Positions 62,945-64,000 of a stretch of DNA of 64,000 bases are shown here, piece by piece (the stretch's first letter is position 1; the number at the start of each line of letters is the position of its first letter). The notes below the pieces were generated by a model that was given only the letters and a program-made list of their open reading frames with translations, searched no databases and was not told the origin of the DNA. Made by a program: the position numbers and the translations under genes. The stretch is from Eledone cirrhosa. Taxonomy: Eukaryota. Location: NCBI GenBank assembly GCA_964016885.1, contig OZ024748.1, positions 19,840,001 to 19,904,000 on the forward strand, read 5' to 3'.

Positions 62945-63973
62945 TTACACACACACATACACATACACACACACACCCAAACACGCACAGACATACACAC
63001 AGACACACGCACAGACATACACACAGACATCTACATACACAGAGAGGGATACAGAGTCACACACGTTTACACACACACGTGTACACAGAGTGAAACACAC
63101 ACAGAGATACACACAAACTCATACACACGCATCCACATACCCGCTTACACACACACACATACACACATATACACAACAGATACATATCCAACCTACAATA
63201 TACATACACACATACCCGCTTACACACACCTATACACACATAACGTTTACACACACATACACACATGCACACACACACATACCCACAAACATACACACAT
63301 ACCTACTCACACACTCATAGATACACACACATACCCGCTTACACACACATAGATACACACACACACACAGACCTAATTACAACATACCCACCCACCTATA
63401 CACACACATACACACATACCCACACACACAAACAACATACCCACACACACATAACATACCCACACACACAAACAACACACCAACAACATACACACACACA
63501 CATACAACACACCAACAACATACACACACACACACATACAACACACCAACAACATACACACACGTACAACATACCAACAACATACCCACAACATACACAC
63601 ACACACACATACACACACCAACAACATATCCACACATACAACATACCAACAACATACCCACAACATACACACACACACATACAACATACCAACAACATAT
63701 CCACACATACAACATACCAACAACATACGCACACATACAACATACCAACAACATACACACACATACAACATACCAACAACATACCCCACACATACACACA
63801 CACACACAACATACCCACAACACACACACAACATACCAACAACATTTTCACACACACAACATACCCTCACACACATACAACATACCAACAACATACCCAC
63901 ATACACACACAACACACCCACAACATACCCCCACACACACATACAACATACTCACACACACACACACATACAA
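62945..63973. repeat. CA-rich complex satellite
   Basis: ACAACATACCAACAACATAC repeats. Confidence 0.85.
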
Positions 63974-64000
63974 CCTAGCTAGAAACAGTTCTGTATGAAC

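Overview
AT-rich eukaryotic (animal) DNA with no supportable intact host gene. The SINE types and extreme (TA)n/(CA)n load suggest a mollusc, probably an octopus-like cephalopod (inference). Nearly all ORFs in the track are translated microsatellites. Real coding remnants are three Penelope-like elements (PLEs: RT and/or GIY-YIG), an RTE LINE, an R4/Dong-like endonuclease tail and L1/Tx1-like 3' ends. There are also tRNA-derived SINEs, a Helitron-like element, a Tc1/mariner MITE and large CA-rich satellites. The main hidden signal, read by hand: about 30 type I hammerhead ribozyme (HHR) motifs from roughly a dozen sequence families sit in short modules between (TA)n tracts. Most have palindromic minimal stem III, and several show stem or core covariation (including a U3-A8 core and U10.U11 variants). 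Many modules share a 'tail-out' fold-back architecture, (TA)n-long arm-fold-short arm-(TA)n, and the fold often lies in or beside the ribozyme. Some non-coding 465-630 bp units with terminal direct repeats resemble retrozymes, and one family carries an octamer motif upstream of its HHR. Folds and coordinates were derived by eye; ribozyme activity is untested.
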